This document shows, one piece after another, positions 46,926 through 55,054 of a DNA stretch of 55,054 nt. The notes beneath the pieces were generated by a model, which did not search any database, was not told the DNA's origin, and saw only the letters and a list, made by a program, of their open reading frames with translations. A program made the translations under genes and the position numbers. How positions within the stretch are numbered: the stretch's first letter is position 1; each line of letters starts with the position of its first letter. Source of the DNA: a virus (taxonomy: Duplodnaviria; Caudoviricetes); the IMG/VR virus record IMGVR_UViG_3300044846_002992, positions 1 through 55,054 of that record. The stretch is one strand, 5' to 3'.

Positions 46926-47607
46926 TCACCGTCAATGCCTGCAAGATCCCAACGTCCCCCGCGTTGATGCTGGAGTGAGTCACCTCAAAGGTCTGATCTA
47001 TCGCCGTATTGATGGCTGCATTGACTGTAAGCGCGGTGTCATCGCCTGACGGATCACTGTTATTGGTCGAATCCCAATAATACCTGGCATCGGTGACTTG
47101 GTGGTTGGTGAGTTGTTTTGTTGTCCCCTCATCTCCTCGATTCATTAACACAACCATGCCTCCAATGATTAAGTTCTGTGATGCGATTGACCCAAGCTGT
47201 TTGAAGGTCTGGCCGCCTAACCTGAACCGCGTGATTCTTGTGCCCACGTCGGCGGTATTTTTCAATGTGAAGGAAAAGCGCATTTCTAACCAACCATTCG
47301 GTCCCAGCGTGCCGCCGGGGACCGTAAATGACGCTAGGACCTCGTTAGCAACTGCTGGCGAGTGCGCGACCTTAACCGCGCTCGAAAAGATAACACGCGG
47401 CACATGCCTCTTCAGAACACTCCAAACAATCATCTCTTCCTCCGTCGCCGGAGTTGCATTCTGCCCCGTCGAACGCTGCACCCCAGTCCACGTCTTATTT
47501 CCTGAAACTGTAATGTTTCCATCAAAACCTATCGCTGAGCGCATTTCCGCATCCGTCAATGCAGCGAGCAGCTCGGAAACTGAGGTAGATGCGGTTAATT
47601 TTGACAT
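46906..47607 (-). CDS. tail fibre / spike-like protein
   Basis: Beta-rich C-terminus (FTVPGGTLGPNG, AINTAIDQTF). Confidence 0.6.
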   Translation of the reverse strand: MSKLTASTSVSELLAALTDAEMRSAIGFDGNITVSGNKTWTGVQRSTGQNATPATEEEMIVWSVLKRHVPRVIFSSAVKVAHSPAVANEVLASFTVPGGTLGPNGWLEMRFSFTLKNTADVGTRITRFRLGGQTFKQLGSIASQNLIIGGMVVLMNRGDEGTTKQLTNHQVTDARYYWDSTNNSDPSGDDTALTVNAAINTAIDQTFEVTHSSINAGDVGILQALTVIAHYRP

Positions 47608-47618
47608 GAGGAATTGAA

Positions 47619-47795
47619 TTAAGAGTTGGCAAAACTATCAGGGACTTGAACGGCGAGACCATCGGCGTGATAGAGTTGGCGGCCATCCGCATGGAAAACG
47701 AAGACATATCCCAGATCCGGCAACAGAATAGAGGTGCCAGCCCACGGAAGGCGTGATGCCAAACTCAAATCAAGGGCTAAGGCAAGTGGTTGCAT
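47619..47795 (-). CDS. 58-aa small protein (below the ORF-track cutoff)
   Basis: MQPLALALDLSLASRLPWAGTSILLPDLGYVFVFHADGRQLYHADGLAVQVPDSFANS; fills the gap between its neighbours. Confidence 0.65.
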   Translation of the reverse strand: MQPLALALDLSLASRLPWAGTSILLPDLGYVFVFHADGRQLYHADGLAVQVPDSFANS

Positions 47796-47803
47796 GAAAG
47801 AGA

Positions 47804-48094
47804 TTAGAAAAGAGCCACAATGCCCTCAGCGTCGGTATCCTCAGAGAGGATGGCCTGACCGCCATAAGGGTAGGGAGAGCCTGCGGCAAAAAGGGCTAGA
47901 ACAGCCGTCCCACCATCAAGGCCCACGATGTTCACATTGCCATCCTCAAGGACCGCCAGCCCGCGAAAAGGGCGAGAGGGGCGATAGTCCTCAGCAGACA
48001 CATCAACCTCCTTGTAGATGACGACGCAGTTTGCCCCGGCCTTAATGGCTTGAGCGTTGATTGTTGCAAAAAATTCGGAGCGTTCTTCTGGCAT
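47804..48094 (-). CDS. small virion protein
   Basis: First ORF after the capsid terminator; ends TDAEGIVALF. Confidence 0.6.
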   Translation of the reverse strand: MPEERSEFFATINAQAIKAGANCVVIYKEVDVSAEDYRPSRPFRGLAVLEDGNVNIVGLDGGTAVLALFAAGSPYPYGGQAILSEDTDAEGIVALF

Positions 48095-48111
48095 GGCCGT
48101 GTTTTGTTGAC

Positions 48112-48166
48112 GAAAGAGAAAAGGAAAAGGCCCCCTTGCTCAGGGGTTCTGGCAAAGGGGCCTTTC
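48112..48166 (-). terminator. intrinsic terminator after the major capsid gene
   Basis: Hairpin aaaggcccctttgc..gcaagggggccttt followed by a U-rich tract on the - strand. Confidence 0.75.
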
Positions 48167-48183
48167 GTTGGGGGTTAGTCAGC

Positions 48184-49461
48184 TCAGACCGATTCGGTTG
48201 GGCAGATGATGGGTTGGATGTCAGTGCAAACCTTGTGGCGCAAGGTATACATGACATGGGGGTTGATTGGCTCAACGCCTGCGGTCATGACACCACGGAA
48301 GAATCCGAGCTTGCCATCGGGGTTGTAGGCAGGGGAGGTGGCGTCAAGGTTGACACTGTTCTTCCACTGGATGTCACCCAGATACATTTGCGGATCAAAC
48401 TTCGCACGGGATACGGAATTGATGGAGGCTGGAACGCGGAGCTGGTAGGCATCCTTCACGTAAATGTAGGAGTCCTGGAACTCGGCGGTGAGCCAGTCGG
48501 GGTTGACCTCTTTGCGGTAGGAGCCGTCGTCCTGGGGAATGAGGTAGTAGGGCTCAACGTATTCCCACGCATCGGTGAAATCAGATGCAGAAGCGTCACT
48601 GAGCGAGTCAGAAGCAAGTTCCGCATTGAAGTTGTAGCGATTTGGCATGTCATCCAGCATGTGGATGAAGCCCGCGTAGGTGTGACTGATGCCAAGCGCC
48701 TCAAGGTTTCGGTCAGCGGCAGCATACCGGAAGTCTTCACGAACCTCTGGCTCACGGGTGAGCGAGCGGGAAGTGAGGGAGTCGGTGATGAGGCCGTAAA
48801 CGGGGGCTCCATTCTGGATGGAGAGCGCGTGACGACGACCCTGTTCCAAGTTCAGCTTGTGATGGAAAAAATCCATGTGGCTGTTGGTCAGGCGGCTCGT
48901 GGCTGGGCTCTGAGGGAACACCAGGCCATCGGTTTCGTCCGTGTAGGACTGAAGCGAGCCGTCGATGATGTATTTCTTGGACCAGCGGGTGAAACCGTCG
49001 CGGTTCCAGTTGATCCAGTAGAGGCGAACCATGTCGCCAAGACCCCACTCGATGTTCCGCATCTGAACCTCGCGCTTCGCCGTGAGGAGAAGGTCGGTAA
49101 CGCAGAAGCGCGGCGACTGAATGGAGGTTTGGTAGAGCGCGGTCCGACGCAGGGTTTGGCTAAAGTTGATGGTGGAGACGGGAGGGATACAAGAACCTCC
49201 AGCATCGCCATCAGATTGGCCGTTGTTGAAAGAGACCAAGCCCCAAGTTGGGCGGCCTTCACTGCCAGCCGCGTTAGCGGAGGGATCGGCAACGTATGGG
49301 CGTTCCCACATGATGTTGTCGAAGGTTTCACCGATGCCGTCAGGCCATGCCACTTTGCGGGGCTGGCTGATCCAAGGGGACGAATGTTGCTCACGACGGT
49401 AGATGTCGTAAACGATGCGGCCACCTTCCGTGACCATGAATTGATTGATGTCGTTTGCCAT
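48184..49461 (-). CDS. major capsid protein
   Basis: 425 aa after portal and scaffold, followed by a strong terminator; start MANDINQF with an upstream AGGAG. Confidence 0.8.
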   Translation of the reverse strand: MANDINQFMVTEGGRIVYDIYRREQHSSPWISQPRKVAWPDGIGETFDNIMWERPYVADPSANAAGSEGRPTWGLVSFNNGQSDGDAGGSCIPPVSTINFSQTLRRTALYQTSIQSPRFCVTDLLLTAKREVQMRNIEWGLGDMVRLYWINWNRDGFTRWSKKYIIDGSLQSYTDETDGLVFPQSPATSRLTNSHMDFFHHKLNLEQGRRHALSIQNGAPVYGLITDSLTSRSLTREPEVREDFRYAAADRNLEALGISHTYAGFIHMLDDMPNRYNFNAELASDSLSDASASDFTDAWEYVEPYYLIPQDDGSYRKEVNPDWLTAEFQDSYIYVKDAYQLRVPASINSVSRAKFDPQMYLGDIQWKNSVNLDATSPAYNPDGKLGFFRGVMTAGVEPINPHVMYTLRHKVCTDIQPIICPTESV

Positions 49462-49643
49462 AAAAAGGGTGCTCCTGTGGAGCGGTTCAGGTGGAAGAGC
49501 CACTTGCGTAGTGCGTGCGGCAGATGCTTTAGAACGGCTTGAAGCTCCGAGCTGGCTAACGGCTGTCTGTTTCAGCACCCACAGCCATCGCGGGGTGCAA
49601 GGCCAATCAATGGGGTTTTCCACCACCTTGCAAGTTTTTTCGC

Positions 49644-49678
49644 AAAAAAAAGAGCAGGGGTCGCTAGGCCCCCGCCCT
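49644..49678 (-). terminator. intrinsic terminator after the scaffold gene
   Basis: agggcgggg-gcctagcga-cccctgctct followed by T7 on the - strand. Confidence 0.7.
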
Positions 49679-49770
49679 TACAAATCATCAGGTGTCTCTC
49701 GCTCTGGTGTTCTGTGGAGCAAAGATGACACGTAACAAAGCGATTGTCAACAAGTTATGAATCGACCAGT

Positions 49771-51021
49771 TTATGCTGGTGGGGTGAATGTGAATTCCAT
49801 GCCCCTCATGCGATCGGCGAGGCCCTCGAACTCATTGCCTCCAGTGGGTGTTGGGGCTGGTTGACCGCTGATTGGGGCGGGTGCTTGTCTGGTGCCTTTC
49901 AGAATGGCCAACTCCTTGCGAAGCGCGGCAATGGCCTTACGAGCCTCTGGGAGGGCCGTAGCGGTGAATGCAAGATAGCCGATGTCGTCAGGCCCAAGCG
50001 TATTCAGATCAACGACAGAGGCCCCATTCATCGCTGCAATGGCAACGTCGGTGAGCTGGCCGGATGAGTCGGTGAAGCCCGGAACCGTTTTGGCATACTT
50101 GGTGAAGGACGACTCGACGGACGCCTTGAACAATTGCACTTTCTGCTCCGCTTCCTGACGCAGAGCTGTTTCACGAGCTAGACGGGCTTTCTCGGCGTTT
50201 GTTCCTGAAGAGGCTAGCAGAGCAGCGCCCTTGGCCTCGGCGGCCTTGTAGTCGTCGCAGAAGCGCTCAATGCGGCCTGCCGTCCGGGAGCCCAACTTCT
50301 GGTGGAGCTGCTCAAGCATTTGGTCCTGCTTGATGATGTCAGTTTCGGTAATGACGGCAAAGATGGAGCTGGGATCAATCTTGGAGGTTTCGGCAATTTG
50401 CCCAACCAGCTTCTCGATGGCCTTGATAGGCTCTCTGACTTGAGCGATGAACTCGTCCGACTCCTTCACCTCCACCTCGTTGTTAACCTGAAGCAGCTCC
50501 TTGTTGCGTTGACGCAACGCCTCGGCCTCGCCGCGAAGACGCTCAGCCTCTGCGGCCTGCTGCCTGAGGGTTTGCACCTCTGGAATTGAGTCGATGTCAG
50601 CAATGGGCTTCTGCTCCTTGAGAACCTTCAGTTCAGCACGGAGGCGCTTGTATTCGTCGCCGGGATGGCCCTTGGCGGTGATGGCTGCAACGATGGCATC
50701 TGTCTGAGCATCGAAGTCGAGGTTGGGCGTAGCCGCTGGAGTTTGCTTCACTCCAAAGGTTGGAAGATCATCATCTTCTTCATCAGCGTCAGGGATTGGC
50801 GCAACTGCTGGAGTCGATGGTTCTACCGGGGTTGCTGGCTCAGCAGACTCCACGGGAGCAGTGATGGATACGGGCGCTGGTTCATCCTCCACAGGCAAAC
50901 TGCCCGGAGGAGTGAAGGTGAAGTCCTTGCCAGCCATGCGGGAGGAGAGGCTTTCTCCGGCATAGTCGGAATCTCCAGCGGCTTCGTTGCGAAGGAATAG
51001 TGGGAATGCGTGTCGTTTCAT
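49771..51021 (-). CDS. capsid scaffolding protein
   Basis: Acidic Pro-rich N-terminus with coiled coils; the FTFTPP motif occurs near both ends; lies between portal and MCP. Confidence 0.7.
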   Translation of the reverse strand: MKRHAFPLFLRNEAAGDSDYAGESLSSRMAGKDFTFTPPGSLPVEDEPAPVSITAPVESAEPATPVEPSTPAVAPIPDADEEDDDLPTFGVKQTPAATPNLDFDAQTDAIVAAITAKGHPGDEYKRLRAELKVLKEQKPIADIDSIPEVQTLRQQAAEAERLRGEAEALRQRNKELLQVNNEVEVKESDEFIAQVREPIKAIEKLVGQIAETSKIDPSSIFAVITETDIIKQDQMLEQLHQKLGSRTAGRIERFCDDYKAAEAKGAALLASSGTNAEKARLARETALRQEAEQKVQLFKASVESSFTKYAKTVPGFTDSSGQLTDVAIAAMNGASVVDLNTLGPDDIGYLAFTATALPEARKAIAALRKELAILKGTRQAPAPISGQPAPTPTGGNEFEGLADRMRGMEFTFTPPA

Positions 51022-51030
51022 GGATGCGTA

Positions 51031-51279
51031 TTATTGTTGTGAGTTGAGAGAACGTGGTTTAAGCGGCGTATTAGCCGGAGCGCTCTTCGCGATGACGGCA
51101 AGAACCCGGAACGCGTTTCTAGCCCCTTTTTCAAGAGCCATCTTGATTCCCGCTTCTGGGGCATCCAGACCCTCTACAGAGCCATCGGTCATGCGTAGCA
51201 CTTCCTCTTTGGCTGCCTTGAAAATAGGTGAGTCTAGGAGCTGCTGGAGTTCCTGTTGTTGAGCTTGGCTAAGTGACAT
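51031..51279 (-). CDS. small hypothetical head-associated protein
   Basis: Typical small gene after a podovirus portal (LLDSPIFK..EKGARNAF). Confidence 0.6.
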   Translation of the reverse strand: MSLSQAQQQELQQLLDSPIFKAAKEEVLRMTDGSVEGLDAPEAGIKMALEKGARNAFRVLAVIAKSAPANTPLKPRSLNSQQ

Positions 51280-51281
51280 AA

Positions 51282-53633
51282 TTATCGTCCTGATTGAGCC
51301 CTGGCCAAGATTTCCTTGCGCCGGATGTCGGCTGCTGCTTGGGCGTCCATAGTGAGGATGCGGGCTGTTGATTCTTCGTGCATGATGGCTTGCTTGGCTT
51401 GGCTCAGTTGCTGCATCATTTGGATTTTGGCCTGTGCCTCAGCAAAGATTTTCGCCATCTTCAGGTCGTTGTCCTGCTGTGCGGCTGAAGCCTTCTGCTG
51501 CTCGGGGGTGGGAGCTGCGCCTTCAGCGGGCACCGCATTGCCATTCGGATCGAGGCCCTGGCTCTGATCCCCCTGCTCACGCAGCTTGTTGATGTGACGG
51601 AGCCCGTTGTCGATGATTTCTCCGGCCTGCTGGATTTGCTGGCGGAAGGAATTGAGTTCCTGGATGCGAGACTCGTGGACGGTGGTTTGCTCAAGCGTAT
51701 CGACGCAGTGGCGATAGAGCGGGATGTTTCGGATGGTCCATTCCGCGATGTCCACTTGACCTTCATTGACTTGCTCGATGCCAGCCACAAGCTCCTCGAT
51801 GTGCTCAGCGAGGTGGACCATTTTATTCTCTCCGTCAACCGGGTCGATGATGGAGCCTTCGAGAAGATCATTGTTTTCGAGCTGAGCAAAGGAAACATCA
51901 ACGTGGCCCCGACGTTCTCCGGGCTTGCCGAAGTAGCGATCTGCCGCGTTCTGGTCCTTGATTTCGGCAGCAAAGTCGTAGTTGAAATACTCCTTCCCGC
52001 GAGGGTCCATTTCCGCATAGAGCTGCCCAAGCTGCTGGAAGGCAATGAGACGGGAGCCCTTTGACCCTGCACCAGAAAGGCGCATGGCCGTAGTGGCCTC
52101 CAGATCAATCTTTCCAAGAACATCACGGGGGACGCCACGGGCAATGCAAGCCTCCTTCATCCGCCTAACCATCTTGGCGAGGGCGAGGTCGGTTTGTGAC
52201 TCATTGAACGAACGGCGAAGCAGCTCACGGATGTATTTGTCGTAGGGGGCGTAGAACAAGCTCACCGCAAATCCCTGCATCTTGTTGCTGAATTCCAGCT
52301 CAGCCGTCACCTGCATCTCATTCCGACGCGCTGTGGGATTGTTGACGATGGAAGAAGAAGAAAGGCCAGCGCCGTGCTTATTCATCACGTCCATGTTGGC
52401 GCTGAGGACGAAGCCAATGTTCTCATCCAGCTTCATCGTGTTCTGCTGCTGCATACCCTTGATCGCCTTGGGCGCGAGGGTGTAGTGGCCCATATCCCTA
52501 AATTGCAGGTCTTCGAGGGCGTCAACGCTCGACTCAGGCTGAAAGATTTCAGAGGCGCGGAAACGAGCACAGTCCATCATCTTGCTTCGGAGGATGTTGT
52601 CGGCCTGTCCGGGTTCGTAAAGCGCATAGCCAAATCCACGAATGGTGTAGATGCGGTTTTTGTTGCCAACCGAGAAGGCGAAAATTTGGAACATTTGGTT
52701 TGCGTCGTCGTAGGCGGAGCGCTTCCGATACACCCAATCCTCCGAGTCTCTCACTTGGCCATTGCTGTCCAACTTGTTCATTGGGGCGGCATAGACGGAA
52801 ATGGTCCCATCCAACTCACGGATGACACCCCACACCAACTGAACTGATGGGAGGTTGTAGGGGTTGGAGGCGCGGCAGGCTTTCACCATACGGGCTGCTT
52901 CCTCGAAGTTCCAGCGGTCGGAGTCGATGTCTCGTGGGCGGGCTTCCTCGATGAGCTTTTTGCAGGCTGGACCATTCCAGCCCTTGTAGTCCACCTCGTT
53001 CTCATGTCCTTCAATTTTGGCATACAACTCACTCACGCTCATGTAGCGGGAAATAGTCATGGCCTCAATCTTGGAGGGAACAGCCACTGCATCTGCGTCA
53101 AACTTGCAGTCTTCGAGGGAGCCGATTTGGTGGTTTAGGGAGGACTTGTCCTCGAACCAAGGAATGGAGATGCCGTGCGTGACGAAGGTGTCAACAAGCT
53201 GAAGGACGTTGGGGGGCATGAGATCCCACGCCCGAATCATCTTGGTCCATTCATCGCTCATGACGGCGGCGTAGGTGTCTCGGGCATCCGGGTCCACTTC
53301 CTCCTTGAGAACGATTTTGGCGAGGGTGGAGGGCGAGGTGAAGATGTCGATGAATGGGCCTACGGCTTCGTTTTTGAGAGCGGATGAAACGCCGTAGTTG
53401 ATGTTGAAGCGCTCTCCCATGTTCCGATCATCAAGGTCTTCCTGAACGAAAGGTGGAACAAAATCCATCAACTCCTGAACGGCTGCCCGGTTTGAGCTTC
53501 CTTCCGAGTCATCCTCGCAAAACCGATCATGCAAGGCGCGTAGCGCTGACGGAGATTGAAGGCGCTCGTCCTGGTCAATGGATTCGATTTCCATTGCTTC
53601 CAGATCGGCTTGGGATGCGGCAAATTGACTCAT
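51282..53633 (-). CDS. portal protein
   Basis: 783 aa after the terminase region, with a Gln/Ala-rich coiled-coil C-terminus as in P22-like portals. Confidence 0.75.
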   Translation of the reverse strand: MSQFAASQADLEAMEIESIDQDERLQSPSALRALHDRFCEDDSEGSSNRAAVQELMDFVPPFVQEDLDDRNMGERFNINYGVSSALKNEAVGPFIDIFTSPSTLAKIVLKEEVDPDARDTYAAVMSDEWTKMIRAWDLMPPNVLQLVDTFVTHGISIPWFEDKSSLNHQIGSLEDCKFDADAVAVPSKIEAMTISRYMSVSELYAKIEGHENEVDYKGWNGPACKKLIEEARPRDIDSDRWNFEEAARMVKACRASNPYNLPSVQLVWGVIRELDGTISVYAAPMNKLDSNGQVRDSEDWVYRKRSAYDDANQMFQIFAFSVGNKNRIYTIRGFGYALYEPGQADNILRSKMMDCARFRASEIFQPESSVDALEDLQFRDMGHYTLAPKAIKGMQQQNTMKLDENIGFVLSANMDVMNKHGAGLSSSSIVNNPTARRNEMQVTAELEFSNKMQGFAVSLFYAPYDKYIRELLRRSFNESQTDLALAKMVRRMKEACIARGVPRDVLGKIDLEATTAMRLSGAGSKGSRLIAFQQLGQLYAEMDPRGKEYFNYDFAAEIKDQNAADRYFGKPGERRGHVDVSFAQLENNDLLEGSIIDPVDGENKMVHLAEHIEELVAGIEQVNEGQVDIAEWTIRNIPLYRHCVDTLEQTTVHESRIQELNSFRQQIQQAGEIIDNGLRHINKLREQGDQSQGLDPNGNAVPAEGAAPTPEQQKASAAQQDNDLKMAKIFAEAQAKIQMMQQLSQAKQAIMHEESTARILTMDAQAAADIRRKEILARAQSGR

Positions 53634-54376
53634 GCTTGTGCTGGTTGCTCAAGTTGTTGTGCCATTTGGCGAAGCTTGTCAATGCCGGTGAAGTGGTGAG
53701 GGCGCTTGCCAGTTGCCTTCTCGATGAACGAAATGAGTTGGTCTTTTTCAAATTCATCCTCTCCGTGTTCAGAAATGGATGTTTTTTGTTCTTCTGGTAA
53801 GGCTTCATCCAGTCGCCGGAACAGAGCCTCCTTCTCCTCCAACCTGCTGAACCCATTTCCCATCAACAGATAGCGGCCACGAGAGCGCCACGATTCGTTG
53901 GTGGAGAAGCGGAACATCTTCATCATCTGCGCCGAAAGCTGGAGGGTGATTGGGCCTCGGGTCAGGAAGGTCTTGCCGTCCTGCTCAGCCAAGCCGCAAC
54001 TCTTTCCGCCACGGCTTCCATGGAGGCGGAGAATGGCCTGAGCCCAATTATCAACGAGCGGGACCGAGGGCTCATCAATGACCAGCCACGCGCCGGGAAA
54101 GCGCGAATAGGCCAGCATGGCGAAGCGGGCGAACATCGCCGCAACCTGAGCGTCGTGAGACAAGCTAAAGTTGCCCGAGCTTTTGATTGAAGAAGTGGTG
54201 GCGAAAACGTCGATGAGTGGGCGGGCGATGCGCTGGGCCTCTTTGGCAGAGATAACGCTCTGGTGGGAGATGATGAGAGCCCCGTTCACTTTTGCTGTTT
54301 GTCGCTCAGCCAAAAGCTGGATGGAGCGGGCCATGTCGGCCTTGTTGCTCTTCGTGAGGAAAATAACTGTGTTCAT
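53630..54376 (-). CDS. hypothetical protein between terminase and portal
   Basis: ATGA overlaps on both sides. Confidence 0.7.
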   Translation of the reverse strand: MNTVIFLTKSNKADMARSIQLLAERQTAKVNGALIISHQSVISAKEAQRIARPLIDVFATTSSIKSSGNFSLSHDAQVAAMFARFAMLAYSRFPGAWLVIDEPSVPLVDNWAQAILRLHGSRGGKSCGLAEQDGKTFLTRGPITLQLSAQMMKMFRFSTNESWRSRGRYLLMGNGFSRLEEKEALFRRLDEALPEEQKTSISEHGEDEFEKDQLISFIEKATGKRPHHFTGIDKLRQMAQQLEQPAQA

Positions 54377-55053
54377 CTGTGTCTAATTTTGGAACTGCGT
54401 CCGCTGAAACCCAAGCGCCTAACCTTCGGCATTGCAATCAAAGAATTGGTCGAACCCATTTTTTTTGCCATGAAGCCATTCAGCGTCTCATTGAACATCC
54501 GGTTGATTCGGCGGTCATCACGCCTGATTTCCACCACATCAAGCAGCCCGTTCAGGATGGCCACCTCAACGAGAATGACGAAGGTGTCAGCTAAGTCGGG
54601 GCTTTTTCCGAGCCGCTTCTTCATGTCCGCCTTCTCCTCCACACAGGCGCAGGTGGCGGAGTGGTTTTTGACGTGCCACTTGCGTTGACACAACTCATCC
54701 ACCACGTCCTGAGGAATGCCCCTAATTTGGCCCTGCCTCACCATTGCCTTCGGCTGCACCCAGAGCTGGGTGACGCGGTTCTTGTAAATTTTCTCGTCGT
54801 TGGTGGAGTCGGGCCTGCGCTCGACGGGCTTCTCTCCAAAACGAATGCCATGCACCGCATGAGACCATTTGGTGTGAAGCCACTGCCCGAATACAACACC
54901 CCCACCCGTGGCGTCAAAGCCCGCCCTCTTCGCGGGGATGCGGTGGTATTCACAGTGCTCCCTGAATTGGTTGATGGTGCTTTCACTAACGGTGATGTCC
55001 ACTTCCTCGCCTGTGTCCGAAATCCCTTTGCCTGCCGCCTCCTGAACGATTTT
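54373..55053 (-). CDS. terminase large subunit, C-terminal part (5'-truncated)
   Basis: FDATGGG, YKNRVTQLW and EEKADMKKRLGKSPDLADT nuclease-domain motifs; the frame is open to the window edge. Confidence 0.88.
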   Translation of the reverse strand, partial: KIVQEAAGKGISDTGEEVDITVSESTINQFREHCEYHRIPAKRAGFDATGGGVVFGQWLHTKWSHAVHGIRFGEKPVERRPDSTNDEKIYKNRVTQLWVQPKAMVRQGQIRGIPQDVVDELCQRKWHVKNHSATCACVEEKADMKKRLGKSPDLADTFVILVEVAILNGLLDVVEIRRDDRRINRMFNETLNGFMAKKMGSTNSLIAMPKVRRLGFSGRSSKIRHR

Positions 55054-55054
55054 G

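Larger units (their letters stand above)
1445..54693. repeat. dispersed 14-bp quasi-palindrome TTKYGTYRACRMAA, about 22 copies
   Basis: Exact matches start at 1445, 3417, 7939, 9503, 11233, 13882, 15386, 16659, 18306, 20367, 23889, 26620, 29500, 36111, 37385, 42365, 48102, 50504 and 54680. One-mismatch copies are at 28316, 31606 and 34519. Found by eye, so the list may be incomplete. Confidence 0.92.

Noticed and set aside
48061-49542. 493-aa + strand ORF
   Set aside because: Codon-mirror antisense frame of the major capsid gene.
49742-49755. gattgtcaacaagt as another palindrome copy
   Set aside because: Four mismatches to the consensus, so it was not counted.
1445-54693. Palindrome interpreted as a CRISPR repeat, plain HincII sites or only -35 TTGACA boxes
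   Set aside because: The copies are dispersed without spacer periodicity, conservation extends to 14 bp, most are intragenic, and TTGAC usually faces against local transcription.

Overview
A partial genome of a tailed dsDNA phage with podovirus-like organisation, arranged in two converging arms. The left arm (+ strand, 1-18240) carries early and replication genes: a truncated E2-like ORF, a ThiF/E1-like enzyme, an OB-fold SSB, an LmbU-like DNA-binding fusion protein, a primase-helicase, an RNA ligase, a PD-(D/E)XK exonuclease, two HNH nucleases, and NUDIX, DUF6378-like and HAD enzymes. It also has a tRNA/structured-RNA locus. The right arm (- strand, 18268-55054) carries the truncated terminase, portal, scaffold, major capsid protein, tail and receptor-binding genes, lysis genes, a glycosylation pair and three internal-virion genes, one of 4800 aa. 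No DNA polymerase or integrase is visible in the window. Signals not explained by the ORF track: (1) five integron attC-like sites delimit three gene cassettes with exactly matching cores, and the ORFs start inside the preceding attC; (2) a 14-bp quasi-palindrome, TTKYGTYRACRMAA, occurs about 22 times along the window; (3) a tRNA-Met-like gene is split by a promoter-bearing HNH gene and followed by about 1 kb of tandem tRNA-like structured RNA units, with a second structured RNA of about 280 nt at 2.1-2.3 kb; (4) a phage-borne E2/E1 ubiquitin-like module sits at the left edge. All calls come from motif recognition by eye; no searches were run.
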